44,163 nucleotides of DNA from a virus, in IMG/VR virus record IMGVR_UViG_3300019886_000002. The stretch is one strand, 5' to 3'. The notes beneath the pieces are model-generated. The model saw only the letters and a list, made by a program, of their open reading frames with translations, was not told the DNA's origin and made no database searches. This document shows positions 42,176 through 44,163 of the stretch, piece after piece. Numbering within the stretch: position 1 is the stretch's first letter; each line of letters starts with the position of its first letter. Made by a program: the position numbers and the translations under genes.

Positions 42176-42420
42176 CGTTTAAAGAAGCTCAAGCCTTGGT
42201 GAGGGAAGAGTATATTGCGGCCAAGCGTTGGCCGGACATGCACTCAGCACATGAGGGGTTTGCTGTTCTTAACGAAGAGGTTGATGAATTGTGGGACGAG
42301 GTTAAGATAAACCAAAAGGCCCGTGTGCTAAGTGACCTAACCCGAGAGGCCGTACAGGTTGCGGCTATGGCCTTGCGTTTCTTGACCGATGTATGCAATG
42401 AACCCACCTGTCGACGCTGA
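42172..42420 (+). CDS. MazG-like nucleotide pyrophosphohydrolase
   Basis: ATGA coupling with GGAGG upstream. LNEEVDELWDEV (EExxE-type metal-binding helix) and EAVQVAAMALRFL. Confidence 0.55.
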   Translation: MTFKEAQALVREEYIAAKRWPDMHSAHEGFAVLNEEVDELWDEVKINQKARVLSDLTREAVQVAAMALRFLTDVCNEPTCRR

Positions 42421-42427
42421 GGCTTAG

Positions 42428-42718
42428 ATGTACCCTGATCCTAAACCACTTCCATCGTCTGTGGAAGAACCCGAACATTATACTCGCCTAAAACCTCAGC
42501 CTATCGATGTCATCCTTGCGTGGGGTCTGAATTATCCCTTGGGATCTGCCGTGAAGTATCTAGCACGTGCAGGATACAAGCCCGGGTCCTTGGCGACGGA
42601 TGATCTACGCAAGGCTATTAGCTTTATAAACAAAGAGATTGCTCGACTTGAGAGCCATCCAGGGGTGAGCTTACCGGCGGCAAAACCGGGTAGCATGCCT
42701 AAGGCAAGTGACCAGTGA
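42428..42718 (+). CDS. DUF3310-family protein
   Basis: EHYTRLKPQPIDVI...GSAVKYLARAGYKPG...DDLRKAISFINKEI matches the DUF3310 pattern hY...piev...KYi.R...K....DL.KA..Y. Confidence 0.7.
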   Translation: MYPDPKPLPSSVEEPEHYTRLKPQPIDVILAWGLNYPLGSAVKYLARAGYKPGSLATDDLRKAISFINKEIARLESHPGVSLPAAKPGSMPKASDQ

Positions 42719-43278
42719 TTTCTACGGCAGTATTCGATCTAGAGACCTCGGCGCTTGAGGGTGACAAGGGAATTATCCTTTGTGCATGCATCAAATCGTC
42801 TGAGGCCAAGGGTATTCAGATCATCCGTACTGATGAAACGTCCTCGGGCTGGGCCAAAGGCCTACGTGGGGATGATAAGGAAACCTGCAAACAGGTTGCT
42901 GCGGAGTTGTCCAAGCATGATGTTATCGTTGCGCACAATGGTTCTCGTTTCGATGTGCCCTTCCTGCGGACGAGGCTTCTACGCTGGCGGCTTCCACGTC
43001 TGCCGGATATCAAGTTGGTGGATCCTTGCAGCATCTCTTATCGTAAGCTTAGACTGCGTAATAACAGCCTTAACGTGGTCCTAGATCACCTTGGGTTGAA
43101 AGACCGCAAGACACCACTGGACATGTCAGTCTGGGCTGATGCTGTGCAAAACGGGTCTAAGAAGGCCATGGACCTAATCGTGGAACATTGTATTATGGAT
43201 GTTAAGGTCCTAGATGGTGTGCTCAACGTGATGAAACCCTACATTAAGATCCTCGATGATCGCGGTAGTAGTCTGTGA
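42715..43278 (+). CDS. RNase H-fold DEDD-type 3'-5' exonuclease
   Basis: AVFDLETSAL, IVAHNGSRFDVPFL and EHCIMDV. Confidence 0.65.
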   Translation: MISTAVFDLETSALEGDKGIILCACIKSSEAKGIQIIRTDETSSGWAKGLRGDDKETCKQVAAELSKHDVIVAHNGSRFDVPFLRTRLLRWRLPRLPDIKLVDPCSISYRKLRLRNNSLNVVLDHLGLKDRKTPLDMSVWADAVQNGSKKAMDLIVEHCIMDVKVLDGVLNVMKPYIKILDDRGSSL

Positions 43279-43484
43279 AAGCTAGTGATACATCCCGGGT
43301 CCTGGGCCTGGCAGACGTTTTCTTTGAAGATGTGGCTATGGCTTCAGGCGTAGAGCAACAGATGCTTGGTTCGGAATTTCATGATCTGTGTGAGGCAATG
43401 GCCCTTGTGTTCTTTGCATCAGGTGATGTGGAACGTAAAGCTACCGTGGGCGCCTTGGTGTACTGTGCTTCGAGGCTGCCATGA
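43275..43484 (+). CDS. hypothetical protein
   Basis: GTG start overlapping the upstream stop. 69 aa. Confidence 0.5.
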   Translation: MKASDTSRVLGLADVFFEDVAMASGVEQQMLGSEFHDLCEAMALVFFASGDVERKATVGALVYCASRLP

Positions 43485-43508
43485 CCTCCGAAGAGCTTGG
43501 ATTAATCT

Positions 43509-43928
43509 ATGAGGATGCAAGACACTCAAGCAAATTGCGGCCCCACGGCGATGTCAAATGCCCTGGCCTCGATGGGGATAGCCCTGCCAGTTTTGGCATG
43601 CGAGAAGTTGTGCAATACCTCTGCGACAAATGGAACACAACCGCGGTCCTTATTGAAGGGCCTTTTGGGAGTAACTGGATGTTCACCGTTTCGTTTGAAG
43701 GAACGGCGGCCCGGGGTGGCTTTGCTGCTATTAAACTCTTTCCTAGGCAAGGGAAGACCGGTGATTCTCCTGGTGGACGCCAATAGTCATTGGGTTGCTG
43801 CAGTGGGCCGCTTAGGGGATCGTATCCTTGTGGCTGACTCTGCTGACAACGATCTCGTATTGTCATACTCGGCGGAACAGTTGGTAGACCGTTGGGCAGG
43901 GCCGGCATTCTTTGGGATTGTGCTATGA
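43509..43928 (+). CDS. C39-like (papain-fold) cysteine peptidase domain protein
   Basis: QANCGPTAMSNAL (Q....CG pattern around the catalytic Cys) and SHWVAAVG...ILVADSA (His, then Asp). Confidence 0.6.
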   Translation: MRMQDTQANCGPTAMSNALASMGIALPVLACEKLCNTSATNGTQPRSLLKGLLGVTGCSPFRLKERRPGVALLLLNSFLGKGRPVILLVDANSHWVAAVGRLGDRILVADSADNDLVLSYSAEQLVDRWAGPAFFGIVL

Positions 43929-44163
43929 AGCTTATTTATGTAGCAGGACCATTTCGTGGCCCAACCACATGGGATATTGAACAAAATGTCCGGGTTGCTG
44001 AGGTTGAAGCCCTTAAACTGTGGCAACTTGGCATTGCCGTGTTCTGTCCGCACCTAAACGGCCGGTACTTTATAGGTGCGGTACCAGAAGATTCCATTTG
44101 GCCCAATGGTGATTTAGAGATTCTCTCACGCTGTGACGCAATTTACATGGGGCCTGGTTGGAG
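43925..44163 (+). CDS. 5' part of nucleoside 2-deoxyribosyltransferase-like protein (DUF4406/DUF1937 type), continues at 128..233 of the circular unit
   Basis: ATGA coupling at 43925. MKLIYVAGPFRG. In frame with ORF 3..233 through the duplicated end. Confidence 0.7.
   Translation, partial: MKLIYVAGPFRGPTTWDIEQNVRVAEVEALKLWQLGIAVFCPHLNGRYFIGAVPEDSIWPNGDLEILSRCDAIYMGPGW
44037..44163. repeat. second copy of the terminal overlap (identical to 1-127)
   Basis: Direct comparison of the window ends. Confidence 0.9.

Noticed and set aside
41907-42182. 91-aa ORF MMNYWRLP... as the gene after the helicase
   Set aside because: Its composition looks like an off-frame translation. The alternative frame (41849-42175) gives a more protein-like sequence and couples by ATGA to the MazG-like gene.
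43481-43786. 101-aa ORF with an ATGA overlap to the upstream gene
   Set aside because: It overlaps the C39-like ORF almost completely in another frame. Only the C39-like frame carries recognisable catalytic motifs. Translation of a short N-terminal part cannot be excluded.
44037-44163. 127-bp identical ends as genuine direct terminal repeats of a T7-like genome
   Set aside because: The repeat lies in the middle of a coding sequence that reads through in frame. Its length equals a common assembler k-mer size (127). An assembly overlap on a circular or permuted molecule is the simpler reading. True termini cannot be determined from the sequence alone.
1-44163. Phage-encoded RNA polymerase, reverse transcriptase/DGR, toxin-antitoxin pairs with recognisable domains, and Cas or other known defence systems
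   Set aside because: I found no matching motifs in any ORF of the six-frame track. This is absence by eye only, and sensitive profile searches could change it.

Overview
The window is one complete, circularly assembled dsDNA phage genome. Bases 1-127 are identical to 44037-44163, so the unit length is 44,036 bp, and one gene reads in frame across the junction. There are two opposed transcription blocks. The plus-strand block (29548 through the junction to 5875) carries early, replication and recombination genes. These include a ParB-like protein, Erf, a PD-(D/E)XK exonuclease, SSB, a DnaB-like helicase, a MazG-like protein, DUF3310, a DEDDh exonuclease, a C39-like peptidase and a DUF4406-type protein. 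It also carries a family-A DNA polymerase split into exo and pol ORFs, a phage Dam-type methyltransferase, an RNA-ligase-like enzyme and a CHAP/NlpC-P60 peptidase. The minus-strand block (28274 down to 6160) is the late operon. Its order is SGNH-esterase tail fibre, GNAT, large terminase, portal, scaffold, capsid, tail tube/nozzle, three large ejection-type proteins, holin-like protein and overlapping spanins. It ends with an unusual trio: a lipoprotein trypsin-like protease, a DUF559 protein and a small membrane protein. The blocks diverge from a 1.27-kb non-coding control region (28275-29547) and converge on an oversized tRNA-like element plus a terminator (5980-6128). I saw no integrase, repressor, RNA polymerase, primase, CRISPR array or reverse transcriptase. 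Spanins and lipoboxes point to a Gram-negative host. The candidates most worth follow-up are: (a) the protease/DUF559/membrane cassette at the end of the late operon; (b) the 109-nt tRNA-like RNA together with the RNA ligase; (c) junctions where conserved residues lie upstream of any usable start codon in the +1 frame (PolA exo/pol, Erf/exonuclease); (d) the first early operon, with a 425-aa unknown protein next to the ParB-like gene; (e) the repeat-rich control region. All domain calls rest on motifs I recognised by eye. No database search, RNA folding or statistics were run.
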